From: Eledone cirrhosa
Taxonomy: Eukaryota
Assembly: GCA_964016885.1 (NCBI GenBank)
Contig: OZ024744.1
Coordinates: 76,818,001 to 76,882,000, forward strand
Direction of reading: 5' to 3'
DNA length: 64,000 nucleotides
Part shown: in pieces, positions 24,503 to 37,467 of the stretch
Layout of the letters: each line of letters opens with the position of its first letter
Position numbering within the stretch: position 1 is the first letter of the stretch
Made by a program: the position numbers and the translations under genes
The notes under the pieces: model-generated
Database searches by the model: none
Told to the model about the DNA's origin: nothing
The model's input: only the letters and a program-made list of their open reading frames with translations

Positions 24503-24962
24503 TTAGTGTCTCTAGATACTCCTATATATAATGTGTGTGTGTGTGTGTATTGTTATACTTTGGGAGGGTCATGTTGCCAATAAAGGGACATGCAGCTGTT
24601 GGTTTTCACTTCAATTAATTAGTTAAATTAGTTAAATTTCTGGTTGGTTGGTTCAATAACTGGATGGTAGTTTATATATTGTCAAAACTCTGTCTTCACA
24701 CATTCTGTGGCCTCCTCAGTGACTGATTTCTTATTTTGTATCTCTCCTTTCTTCTGTCCTACATAATCTTGTTTTTGAACCAACCAACCGGAAATCTGTA
24801 ATAAATTGAAGAGAAAAACAACAGGTGCGTACGTTTTTTTTTTTTTTGGCATCATGACCCTCTCGACGTATAACAATATCTGTTTCAACACACATTTTCA
24901 CATAAGAAACCTGACTGAACAAATTCAAAAACGAAGTATATATATATATATATATACACACT

Positions 24963-24993
<31 letters not shown>

Positions 24994-24994
24994 T

Positions 24995-27900
24995 ACTCCA
25001 GCATTGACTAAACTAATCCAAACCATTGAAACAGCAATGCTCCAAAAGCTGAACCCAATCTACGAGATATCCACTCAGTGAAAAACACCCTATTCAATAT
25101 ATGGACTCAAAAGCGCACATCTCGCAAATTCGCATTTTGGAATCTCCTAAAAAATAATGGCAAGGCAGATATATATGAAAAGTGGCTAAACTCTACCCCA
25201 ATCATCCTCCCCAAAAAACTCCAAATAAAACCCATCCCCAATGAACCAGAAAACCAACAAAAACCTATGGAAAGATGGCCTTAGAAAAATTTAAAATAGA
25301 AATAGAACTCTTGCGGTTAAGAGCCAACTCCAAAGAAGAAAAATTCAAGTCACTCGACCAACAGATGGAAACAGAAATCTCAAGACAGTCTGAAGGCCTA
25401 CTCTATGAAAAAACTTTAAAACTTTGGAAAGAAAATTGTGAGGATGAAGAACTAACATCCCTCCAGCGATGGGAAAAAAACGCCACCTAGTTCAACAACT
25501 ACGAAATGGGTTTCAAAAATGAACACCTTACAGATAACCCATTTTTAAAACAAGCTAAAACTCACACACCATACTCACAACAAATAACAAAAAAGGTAAC
25601 AAAACGTCCAACATAACCCCAGCAAAACTATGACGATAATCCCAGAATCCATAGACAAAACTATAACCCTACTAAAAAAAAACGAATGTTCCCCAACACA
25701 AGACAGGACTCGATCCGCAGATCACAACCCACACAAAACCTATTCCAAAACCGTAGACCCTAACCCACACAGAACCTGTTCCAAAATCGTAGATCCCAAC
25801 CCACACAAAGGAACAAAATTTACGACCCGGACCATCAACAAACCGAACCTCAATACGTCCGAAAATTTCTATACAACTTCTATACAACAAGGGAAATACC
25901 ATTAGATATAATAATACCCAAAATCATTTTTTAGACCAAGGCTACAGGTGGTACAAACCGATTTAAAAAAAACGAAAATAATCAACCTTTCAAATACAAA
26001 CTTCTCAGCCCAACAAATTAAAATTCTCTCCAAAGGACTGAAATTCACACCATCACCACAATACTCTAACCTCAATGAGATAAATGACGACATCTCACAC
26101 TTCTGTAGAAAATTACGTCTTACAAAAGAAATTTTTTGACAAGGAGAATAACGATCAATCAATTGTACGGAATAAAAGCAGCTACAACCCAACAAAGGGC
26201 AGGAACTGAGTTCTGGACAAATTTTGTGACCACATAGCAACTTTCCCATACCATGAACTACCGCAACCTAAACCCAAACCCAACACGAGTCGAAGGGAAT
26301 GGGCGATTATCCATGAACTAAAAAACAATACTGACATTGTAATTAAGGAAGTGGACAAGGAAAGTACTATCGTCATTATGGATGCTGAACAATATAAAAA
26401 TGCTATGTTCTCTCTCTTACAAGACACTAACTACTATGAACGAGTAAAAAACTACCAGCAATCAAAAACGATGACCAGATTAAACACATTCATTTGTCGA
26501 TACCTAAAAAGGAACGCGATTATTTAACACATTTTGAATCCAAAACAGCAACCTTTACGGACTTCCGAAGATCCACAAGTGTAAAATAATTAACGATGCC
26601 TCAACCTGCGTGAACACACAATACCCCACTGACCTTAAATTAAGACCAATTGTAGCGGGCCCACAATGTGAAACACACAGACTAAGCAGCTTTATAGACA
26701 TACTACTAAAACCAATACCATATCTCAAACACATACCAAGCCTTGTAAGAGACGATCTGGACCTCTTAAACCACCTCCCCAAACATGTCAACAACGACAC
26801 TATTATTGTGTCTTTCGATGTGTTGAATCTCTACACAACGATCCCACACCAATACGGACTAGAAGCAATATGATTCTGGCTAGAGAAATATCCCAATGAG
26901 ATACCTGACAGAATAGAGAAAAGCTTCATCACCGAGGGATTAAAATTTATTTTACAGAACAACTTTTTTGATTTCGATGGTAACACTTACAAGCAAATAT
27001 CGGGGACTGCGATGGGTACAAAAGTCGCCCCAACTGATGCTAAGTTAGTCATAGCATACTTGGAAGTTCAGGTATATGAACACTCCAAATTAAAATACGG
27101 ATTGAACTTCCACAAATATTTATCAGAGAATTGGAAACGCTACTTGGATGATTGTCTTATTCTTTGGTCTCACACACTCGACCAACTGAATGATTTCAAC
27201 AATTTAATTAACGGCATCAATAACCACATCCAATTCACAATGGAATACAGCTAAGATCAACTCCCATTTCTGGACATCTTAATCATAAAAAAGACACAAA
27301 TATTGAAACTGACATACACTACAAACCAACAGATTCCAAACAATACCTGCTATTCACCTCTAACCATCGAAAGCATACGAAGACGAACATCCCTTTTCAC
27401 CTAGCAAGAAGAATTTGCACAATTGTCTCCAATTATGAAACGCGAAATAAAAGACTTCAAGAATTAAAGAAAATTCTGCTCGAAAGACAGTACCTACTAT
27501 TACTAATAAATAAGGAAATAGAAAAGGCTAAAGCAATAGGCATTGATGAATTACGAAAACAGAAACAAATTCAAGGTACGTCCAATATTCTATCATATAT
27601 CTCACCACACAACCCAAGAAATGCGGAAGCATACAACATTATTCACAAGTACATTCCACTATTAAAACAAGACCCAAGAATGGAAAAAGCTCTTGAAACA
27701 CACAAAATAATCAAAAGCAAAAGACAACCGAAATCACTAAAAACATTACTCACTAATACCAAATTACCTACCACAAACCCACAACCAACTGTCAAAAATG
27801 TGGTCGCTCTAATTGTGGAACCTGCACTCACCTCATTAAAGGCAACATGGATTCATTTCAATCAGGACAATATTTTGTTGTAAAAAATCACTTCACTTGC

Positions 27901-28195
27901 TCATCAAAAAATCTAGTTTATACCATTAAATTTTAAAATGCAATGAAGATTATATAGGACAAACTAAACTCACACTCAAAAACAGAATGACAATTCATCG
28001 CCAACAATTACGAGATCCAACCACGAGACAGATACCAGTAGGTGCACATCTAGACATATGCGCAAGCCATAAGACACCCAAATTCCAAGCCTTCCCATTT
28101 TATCTTTAAGCTGACAATACAACAGAACAAATACGAATAAATAAGGAAAATATGTTTATTCAAAAATATAGACCAACATTAAATATAGTTTAATA
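24995..28195 (+). mobile_element. Penelope-like retroelement (Neptune-type), degraded: N-terminal region, RT, GIY-YIG endonuclease
   Basis: Broken frames give IINLSN...LSKGLKFTP, IVIKEVDK, YGLPKIHK, LRPIVAG, VSFDVLNLYT, GTAMGTKVAP, WKRYLDDC, LPFLD, and FTCSSKNLVY...YIGQT...RMTIHRQQ. Begins at (TA)n. Confidence 0.9.
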
Positions 28196-28199
28196 TACA

Positions 28200-28600
28200 T
28201 TATGTTAACACCATAACATACTAACCATCCAAACAGACACACACACACGTAACACTTTCTATATTCGAAAATAAAAACCAGAGCTAAATAAACCTTAACA
28301 TACGTTAATACTCTAACACCTTAACATGCTAACCATACCCCCCCCCCTGTTACACACACAAATAACTCCCTCCCCCATTTCTACTAACAGCATCATTTTC
28401 CTACACACACACATGCGCACACAAATATATATTATCTCCATCTTAACATGCTAACCATACTCCCACACACACATACACACACACATATAACAGCCATACA
28501 CACACACACACATAACACCCATACTCCCTCCCCCACTTCTACTAATAGAATCATTTTCCTACACACACACAGACACACACGAGCACACAAATAAAAATAC
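28200..28600 (+). repeat. Imperfect tandem blocks in the PLE 3' region
   Basis: taacat(a/g)ctaaccat at ~28215, 28322 and 28444; ctccctcccc..ttctactaa.ag.atcattttcctacacacac twice. Confidence 0.7.
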
Positions 28601-28989
28601 ATATCTCTAGTTTCTTTATTTCAATAGAAAGTCTGAATTTTGACACCTCAGCACAACAGCCATACTCACTGAACCAGAACAATTCTCCCCATCCCTTTTT
28701 TCTTGACCATTATCTTTTGTTTGGCACAAAATTCTCTAAATGGCTACAAAAAATTCCCAAATACGGGCGCGAAATTTAATGTAACAGTCATAATTTCATT
28801 TATACCCAATCAAATTACATTTATAAAATTTAATATGACAGTCATAAATTCATTTATAACCAATCAAATTACATTTATAAAAAAAAAACTTTTGAGCTAC
28901 TTGTTTAAGTAAAAAGAAACTCAAACACAAACTGGCACGAAAGTTGATGTGCTTATTCACGTGACTGCATCAGCCAACCAAATTTCACT

Positions 28990-31130
28990 CATATATGAAA
29001 AAGCAATCTGAGCCCGCCCTGCTCCTTGTGGCTTCTGATGCAGACATCATGTCCGCCATCAGGTCCTTCCCAGCTAGCTGCTGCGGAGGTGTTGATGGTC
29101 TCCGACTAGGCCACCTCAAGGAGTTGACATCCCCCTCTCCGCTGAGGCCGGGCGCCGCCTTCTGAGTGCAATTGTGGCGCTCACCAATAGGCTCATTCAT
29201 GGTGCCCTCGACCCTTACGCCCGAGGCCTCTTTTTTGGGGCCAGCCTCACCGCACTCAGGAAGAAAGAGGGAGGCTCACGCCCAATTGCTGTGGGCAATG
29301 TCTTCCGGAGGCTGGCTACCAAGGTGATCTGCAAGTCCGTAACACACGAACTGGGTGAGGAGTTTAGTCCGGTGCAACTGGGTGTCGGCGTCTCTAGTGG
29401 CTGTGAGGGGGCCGCTCATGCAACCAGGCAGTTCTTCAACAGCTGCCCATCGGAACCGGCATCTAGGGACTCCAGGCACCTCATTATCAAGCTTGACATG
29501 AGGAATGCCTTCAACTCTTTAAGCCGGGATCATCTGCTCGAGACCTACCTCAGCCGAGCCCCCTCTGCCTACCCGTTGGCCTACCTGCCGTATGGAGCCC
29601 CGAGCATGTTCCTTGTTGCTGATACGGTCATACACTCGGCTACTGGGGTCCAACAGGGCGACCCTTTGGGATTCTTCCTGTTCGCCATTGGTATTGACCA
29701 CATTTCCAGGAGTATCACGGCCCCTCTCAACGTTTGGTATCTGGATGATGCTACGTTGGGCAGGCTCGTACGGACGGTCTGTCATGACCTTCAATCGGTG
29801 GTTGCTGCCCTGGCGGGAATCGGCCTCCAGGTCAACTCGGCCAAGTCGGAGGTGGTGAATGTCAGCTTCGATGCTGCGAGCTTTGCAGCCTCCGTCTTGG
29901 ACGTGCGGTCCCTTCTCCGCCAGGTTCAGGTGACCCCCAAAGAGGATGTCCTCATCCTCGGGTCACCGATCCACCCGCCGGCCATCCGCTCCACCATCAG
30001 GTCCAGGTTTCAACAGCTCCAGACTCTCACAAGCCGACTGGGCTTGATTGACGGTCACCCAGCTCTCTTTCTGCTGAAGAACTGCTTCGCCATGCCGAAG
30101 CTCCTCTATACACTCCGCAGCGCTCCGTGCTACACCCAGAGATCTCTCCTCTCTGACCTCGATACTTGTATCCGAGCAGCAGCCGAGGAGATATGCAACG
30201 TCAAGTTTGACGACATAGGGTGGCAACAGGCCACTTTACCTAGCCCAGTAGACGTCCCTCCTCCTTCTCCCCCTGTTGACGTCAAGTCCCCCCAAAGCAC
30301 TTGGGATGCCATCCGGTGCAGCTCGACCAGCACCGCCTTGCTTGTTTTCGTGCGGCCTCCAAGCCCTGCAGTGGTGCCTGGCTCCATGCCCTTCCCGCCT
30401 TCTCCACCGGCACGCAACTAGACAACCATAGCCTGCACATCGGCGTTTCCCTGAGGCTCGGCCTCCGGATCTACCAGCCACACCAATGTCGCTGCGGTTC
30501 CCCCGTGGACTCTTTCGGCCTCCACCCGCTTTCCTGTCGACACAGTGCCGGCCGAATTCCATGCCATGCTGCCCTAAACGAGGTCATTAAGCATGGCTTG
30601 GACGCTGCAGGCTTTCCTTCCCAGCTCGAGCCGGTGGGGCTGGATCGAGGGGACGGCAAAGGGCCAGATGGTATGACCATCTTCCCGTTCCGCAGTGGCA
30701 AACTCCTCGTCTGGGATGCCACTTGCACCGACACTTTCTGCAGCCGCAACCTGGTGCAGTCTGCAACTGACCCAGGTTCTGCTGCACGTCGGGCTGAGGG
30801 GACTAAACTCCTCAAATACCGGTCGCTCTCCGACAGGTTTGCAGTCGTACCCCTGGCAGTGGAGACTTCTGGTGTCTTTGGCCCCAGGGCTACCTCCTTA
30901 CTCACCACCATAGGCGCTGAGCTGGCCAGCCGCAGGTGTGAGCCCCGCGAGTTGGAGTGGATTTTCCAGCTCGTCTCCCTTGCCGTTCTCCGGAGAAACG
31001 CCTTCTCCATTCTGTCCGCCGAAAGTTTGTTATAATATCGTCTTTTTTAATGTATCATGGATTACGTTACTGATTAAATTCCCCATGATTGTTAAAGTGA
31101 AAACAATAAAACAAAATCTTATTTAAATAA
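28990..31130 (+). mobile_element. CRE-clade non-LTR retrotransposon (RT + restriction-like endonuclease), 5'-truncated with an internal deletion and frameshift
   Basis: RPIAVG, QLGVG, KLDMRNAFNSL, QQGDPLG, WYLDD, then CRCG...HPLSC, PDG, WDATCTDT, K..KY, PLAVETSG. The GGLG region expected after QATLP is missing (~30240). AATAAA at ~31105. Confidence 0.88.
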
Positions 31131-31282
31131 ATGCTAAATATATAGTATAAAGTAATGTAGAGAATGTCAATTGGTGTTTATATATAGCGGGATGAGGGTT
31201 TAATTCAACATTTGTCATTTTTCGACTTTAGTCTTAACTTCAGGAACCAATTAATGATATTGGGTGAGGTATACCTGTATAT

Positions 31283-31500
31283 TATCATCATCATCATCAT
31301 CATCAACATAGTTTATCATTCATTTTCCATGCTAGTATGGGTTTGACTGGGGCGTCCCATTTGAGGGCAGGTTGGGTCAGGTGACTGTCTTGCTCATACA
31401 GAACTGTTTCTGACTTGGTTTCTACAGCTGGATGCCCTTCTTAACACCAAACACATTTACAGTGTGGGCTGGGTGCTTTTTGTCGTGACTCCTATATGAC
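31283..31500 (-). mobile_element. RTE-tail SINE/LINE 3' fragment
   Basis: Reverse complement of ggtgttaagaagggcatccagctgtagaaa...aacccatactagcatggaaaatg plus (GAT)n. Confidence 0.7.
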
Positions 31501-31763
31501 CTCTTTATAGTGTAGGCTGGAGACTTCACATGATGTATGCTACAGCCTGTCCTCATGAGAGATGTATGGGAGGGTGGGGGTGCATACTATATAAATATAT
31601 ATATATATACAAGAAATAAGATTTCGCTAAAAGCATACATAGCTTTATACAAATCTGTATAGAAATTTCGTATTTCTAAAGAAATACGGTTTTAGGAAGC
31701 CGTAGCTATGCAAACACTGGGGTTAACGCCCTCTGGTAGTCTCCAGCAGAAGCAAGGGGGATA

Positions 31764-31807
31764 ACCGTCTATGCATTTCAGGCTTGACTGGCCTTCGTCA
31801 GGGCGGT
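31764..31807 (-). ncRNA. Minimal type I hammerhead ribozyme
   Basis: Minus strand: accgcc CUGACGA aggc-cagucaa-gccu GAAA ugca UA gacggu. Perfect core and stem II, palindromic stem III AUGCAU, stem I 5/6 bp plus a distal extension. Confidence 0.8.
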
Positions 31808-32304
31808 CCCTCCCACCGCTTGCTACTGCTGGGCTTGAAAACAATCGAGAATATGTAGTTTTCTCGTCTGAGTAAATGAGGTGATTAATCTCATTTGCAT
31901 ATGAGGCTGCATACGTTGGATCAACTTATAATAGAAAAGAAAAAAATATATATATACATACACATGCGTTCAGACACTTCTAATATGTGAGTAATTGTAA
32001 AATTGTAATAGCTAAGGGTTTAAATGACCCAGTCTTTTTGATTATCTTGCTGAAAAAACAAAGGTGATTTATGTGGTAAGGATGCTAACACATTCAAACC
32101 ATACTTAGACACTCTACAGTCTGAGATTGCAGGTGAAGCAAGAAACCTATGAAAAAGCATAGCTGTCAAGATGACTGTATCACTGTATCAGAATGGACGG
32201 TAATGCTCCAGTATGGGTACAGGCTACAGACAAAAAACTAGTGGATTCAAAATTATAAATTTATAAGGACATGAAATAAACAGTATGTTCATTATGAACT
32301 AGTG

Positions 32305-32306
32305 GA

Positions 32307-32345
<39 letters not shown>

Positions 32346-32490
32346 TTTACGACCGCTTTTCCCTGCTTGTAAGGGTGGAACAGGTCCTCTTCAGCACAGC
32401 ATCTCTCCATTCGTCACGATCCCTCGCCATCTCCTCTGTGAGCTTCAGCGATCTGAGGTCAGCTCTCACCACCTCCGTCCATTCAATGAT
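32305..32490 (-). mobile_element. RTE-clade LINE 3' fragment with (GAT)n tail
   Basis: EWTEVVRADLRSLKLTEEMARDRDEWRDAV, then (GAT)n at 32307-32345. Confidence 0.8.
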
Positions 32491-32734
32491 CCCATTCCTG
32501 GCTGTACTCAGTAACTCAAGAGGGGTACTGGAAGACAAGGGAGTGGTGTATGGGGTTTGTTGGAAGACAAGGGGGTGATAAGGGAGGAAAGGGGTGAAGT
32601 GGTGTGGACAAAGAATACAAATTAGTAGTTGCTCATAAAACTGTCACCTTCAGTTATTCAACAGATGCATTATTAAAACAATTTTTTTTTTAAATGTGAA
32701 AATGTGAGAGTCCCAATTGCAAAAAATGACTCTA

Positions 32735-32922
32735 ATAATTGTTTCTACTTTTGGCACAAGGCCAGCAATTACTCAGTGCATTACTGGTACTTTATTTTAT
32801 CGCCCCCCGTAAGGGTGAAAGGCAAAGTTAACCTCGGCGGGATTTGAACTCAGACCATAAAGCGACGTAACTATGCTGGAAAGCATAGTGTCCGACCCTC
32901 TACCGATACTGCCAATCCCCCT
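32735..32922 (-). mobile_element. tRNA-derived SINE (family 2)
   Basis: B box gagttcaaatcc and body gccgaggttaactttgcctttca. Paralogs at 33086-33242(+), 37305-37467(+), 37568-37755(-), 42216-42403(+), 45610-45700(+), 62650-62820(+). Confidence 0.85.
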
Positions 32923-33639
32923 ATGACTCTAATAATAGTTAATTGCTATAGATAATAGTTGAGAAAATAGGGTAAATTATTGCCTTTAGTAATAGATAAA
33001 AGTAAGCATAAGATCCTTCTACATTTGGGACTCTCACATTTTCGACTCCTTATAGGAGCCGCTGTCCACTTTTATCCATCTCTTAGGCAGCAAATTGGCA
33101 GAGTCATTAGAATGTCGGATAGGATGCTCTGTGGTACTCGTTCCGGCTCTCTGATCTCTCAGTTCAAATCTCGCCAAGGTCAACTTTGCCTTTCATCCAG
33201 ATCACTAAAAACAAAATTACCTGTCCAGTACTGGGGTCGATTCTTCCTCTATATCTCTTTCTCACTTTCCTGTCTCTCACGCTTTCTATCCTTCTCTGGA
33301 GATGGGCTCCACCAGGTTTTATTTTTTAAATTCCCTAGAAACGCCATATGTCAATATGGCACCCCTACAATTCCCTCGGGTGTTACAGATCCATACCATA
33401 CCAATTTTCTCAACTATTATCTATACTCATCAACTATTATTACAGTTATTTTCTATGTTTGGGACACCCACATTTTCATAATTCAAACACGTCCAGTGCT
33501 TTGATGATTTATAAGGTTTAATAAAAAAAAATAAATAAAATAAATAAAAAAAAAAAAATTAAAAAAAAAAGAGTTTTTAAAAAGTTTTTTGTAAATTATC
33601 AAAATTTAATTTTCAATGTATGATTTTTTTTATCAGGTT

Positions 33640-33775
33640 TACAGGGGAGTTGAGTGAACTGGAACAGCGTGAAATAAAGTGTCTTGCTCAAGAACACAAT
33701 GCAAAGCCCAGTCTGAGAATCGAATGCACAACCTCACGATCGTAAGCCCGACAATCTAACCACTAAGCCATGTGA
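33640..33775 (-). mobile_element. tRNA-derived SINE 5' part
   Basis: Minus strand catggcttagtggttag...gcattcgattct...ttgtgttcttgagcaagacacttta. Confidence 0.7.
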
Positions 33776-34129
33776 TGTCATTGGTTTGGTATCAAGATGT
33801 ATCGACAATTGCCTATCCCTTGGACAACATCGGTGAATTTTACACAAATGTATCATCTATCAACAATATGACACGTGTAAGTATCAGTATTGTTTCTACC
33901 ATTGACCATTAATTCATATTAGGGGTCTGCGGGATTTAAAAGTTGGCGACCACTGGTCTAGGTGATCAAGGTTGGTCACCACTGAATGGAATCTAGAAGG
34001 ATTATGTAGAAAACAAACAAGGAAGCAGAACTGACAAGACTTGGTTGAGGTCCGTGGAGGAAGCAAGACCTGGTAGACATAGGTATGGGCCTGGCTTGGA
34101 AGCAGATCTGTGACAGAGGGGCTTTTGGC

Positions 34130-36160
34130 TGTGTGGAATGCATGAGAAAAAGAGACCCTACCCCAAATGGACCCTATAGAGGGGCCAGCAGTACAAGTCA
34201 GCAGCAGCGTAGTAAGTAAGGCAATCAAAGATATGAAGACGAGGAAGGCAACCGGTCCATCGGGTATAGCTGCCGAGATGCTGAAGGCATCTGGGTCTGT
34301 AGGTCACACTATAACCACACGTATTGTTAACCAGGTAATACTAGAAGGGGCCATACCAAAGGATTGGTGCAGCAGCATTATTGTCAACTGCTACGAGGGT
34401 AAAGGTGATGCACTAGATAGAGGAAACTATAGAGGTATAAAGCTGATGGACCAGGTCATGTAAGTAACGGAAAGAGTTATTGCACAATTGATTAGGGACC
34501 GGGTAAAACTAGATGAGATGCAATTTGGGTTTGTGCCAGGAAAAGGCACCACTGATGCCCTCTTCCTTGTGAGGCAGTTACAGGAAAAGTACTTAGCTAA
34601 AAGTAAGCGGCTCTACCCGGCATTCGTCGATCTAAAAATAAGTCTTCCACTGAGTTCCCCGTTCTATAATCTGGTGGGCTCTTAGAAAACTAGGAGTAGA
34701 CGAATGGCTTGTGAAAGCTGTACAAGCCATGTATTGGGGAGCAGTCAGCAAAGTTAAGGTTAACAATGACTATAGTGAGGAATTTAGCATAAAGGTCGGT
34801 GTCAGGGCCCTCTCCTGTTAATTATAGTTTTGCAAGCAATATCGGAGGAGTTTAACCCGGATGCCCATGGGAATTCTTATATGCGGATGATCTCACACTT
34901 ATAGCTGGATCTATGGTGGAACTAGAGAAGAAATTCCAAACATGGAAGCAGGGACTAGAAAGAAAAGGTCTCAAAGTCAATCTGACAAAGACTAAGGTCC
35001 TCGTAAGTAGACGAGAAAACAGAACCCAGATACCCTCAGGGAAATGGCCTTGCTCAGTATGTAGGAAAGGTGTAGGTAGGAACTCCATCCTCTGCCCCAA
35101 ATGCAAACAATGGGTACACAAGAGATGTAGTGGGATCTCAGGAAGCTTAACTAAGAATGTAAGCTTCACATATAGCAGCTGTGCTGGGACAGCAATCAAC
35201 AAACAGCCACAGGAAACAAGCACCACCAATCTCTGAGAGGGCTCTGTAGAAACAGTAGACAGCTTCTGCTACCTAGGTGACCGAATTAGCAGCAGAGATG
35301 TGTGTTCGGAAAGTACAATAACTAGGGTAAGAACGGGATGGAAGAAGTTCAGGGGGCTAGTGCCACTGCTAGGTGCAAAAGACTTTTCCCTCAAAATGAA
35401 AAGCAGACTGTATGATGCGTGTATCCGAAGAGCAATGTTACATGGTAGTGAGACCTGGGCGCTGTCTATAGAAGACTTGCGTAGATTAGAAAGAAACGAA
35501 GCTTGCATGCTCCGATGGTGGTGTAATAGTAATATACGCGAACGGCAAAGCATAAATGAATTGAGAGAGAGACTGAGTATAAGAGGAATCAAATGCTGTG
35601 TGCAAAAGTGGAGGTTATGTTGGCATGGACATGTGATGCGTATGAAGGATGACAGCTGCATAAAAAGGTGCAGAGTACTAGAAGTCAATGGAAACCGCGG
35701 AGTGGGAAGACCCAAGAAGACCTGGGATGAGGTGATAAAAGCCCACCTTACCCAATTACACCTCTCAAAGGCGATGACACAGGACCGTGACCTCTGACGT
35801 CATGCAGTAATACAGAAGACCCGACGTCCTACGGGTACAAGACGAAGCTGAAGCATATAGACAATATGGCCCCACCTCCTACTGCAAAGTGGTCATGGAG
35901 GTGCCACGGCAAGAAACCACCCAGCCCACACTGTAAAGTGGACGTGGAGGTGCCACGGGAAAAAAGCACACCCAGCACTCACTGTAAATGAGGTTGGTGT
36001 TAGGAAGGGCATCCAGCTGTAGAAATCAAGCCAGAATCAGTTCCCGTATGAGCAAGACAAGGTCAGCCGACCGGACACTGCCGACAACAGGACAACCCGT
36101 CTAACCCATGCTAGCATGGAAGAACGGACGTAAAACGATGATGATGATGATGAAGATGAT
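34130..36160 (+). mobile_element. RTE-clade LINE, 5'-truncated and degraded, with a PHD-like finger within the RT region
   Basis: KATGPSG, NYRGIKL, QFGFVPGKGTTDA, FLYADD, GLKVNLTKTKV, FCYLG, MLHGSETW, WHGHVMR, GRPKKTW. 3'UTR ends in (GAT)n. Confidence 0.9.
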
Positions 36161-36183
36161 ATATATATATATATATACATATT

Positions 36184-36259
<76 letters not shown>

Positions 36260-36389
36260 AGGTAAACAGAAATAACAACACAATCAATACAGTATATGGA
36301 AGGAATATATTAGGTTAACACACATATATATATGTCTGGTGACACTGTGAGAATCAGGTGAAACTCCAGAGAAACAAGACTTATTATTT

Positions 36390-37255
36390 AGCCAGCACCA
36401 CCAGCACCACCATCACCACCACCATCTCCACCACCATCTCCACCACCAGCACCATCACCATCACCACTACCACCATCACCACCACCACTACCACCACCAT
36501 CACTATTACCATCACCACCACCAACAGTATTACCACCACCATCACCATCACCCCCCCACTCCCACCATCACCACCATCACCATCACCATCACCATCATCA
36601 CCATCACCACTACCACCATCACCACCACTACCACCACCATCACTATTACCATCACCACCACCAACAGTATTATCACCACCATCACCATCACCCCCCCCCC
36701 CACTCCCACCATCACCACCATCACCATCATCACCACCATCACCCTCACCGCCATCACCAGCGCCATCACCCACCGCCTCCAGCATCATCACCACCACCAC
36801 TACCACCACCACCACTACCACCACCACCATCACCACCACCACTACCACCACCACCATCACCACCACCACCATCACCACCACCACCATCACCACCACCACA
36901 AACACCACCACCATCACCACCATCTCCACCACCACCATCACCACCACCATCTCCACTACCGCCACCACCATTACCATCACCATCACCACCACCATCACCA
37001 CAACCACCACCACCACCACCATCAACACCACCACCTCCACTACCGCCGCCACCACTACCGCCACCACCACTACCACCACCACCACCACCACCACTAGCAT
37101 CACCACCATAACCACCACCACCATCACCACCACCATCACCACCAACATCACCACTACCACTACCATCACCACCACCACCGTCACCACCATCACCATCACC
37201 ACCACCACCACTACCATCTCCCCCACCACCATCACCACCACCATTACCACTACTA
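36390..37255. repeat. (ACC/ATC)n low-complexity triplet array
   Basis: Directly visible. Confidence 0.95.
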
Positions 37256-37304
37256 TAGTGGGTTTATAAACAGCTAATTCGGATTAACCCTATAACATTT
37301 ACAT

Positions 37305-37467
37305 TAGGGTCGGACGCCATGCTTTCCAGCATAGTTACGTCCCTTTACGATCTGAGTTCAAATCCCGCCGAGGTTGCCTTTGCCTTTCATCCTTACGGGG
37401 TCGATAAAATAAAGTACCAGTAATGCACTGGTTAATTGCTGGCCTTGTGCCTAAAGTAGAAACAATT
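37305..37467 (+). mobile_element. tRNA-derived SINE (family 2)
   Basis: gagttcaaatcccgccgaggttgcctttgcctttcatcc...gtagaaacaatt. Confidence 0.85.

Noticed and set aside
36358-37269. 303-aa Thr/Pro-rich mucin-like ORF
   Set aside because: Arises from an (ACC/ATC)n array that lacks stops in several frames; no splice or domain evidence.
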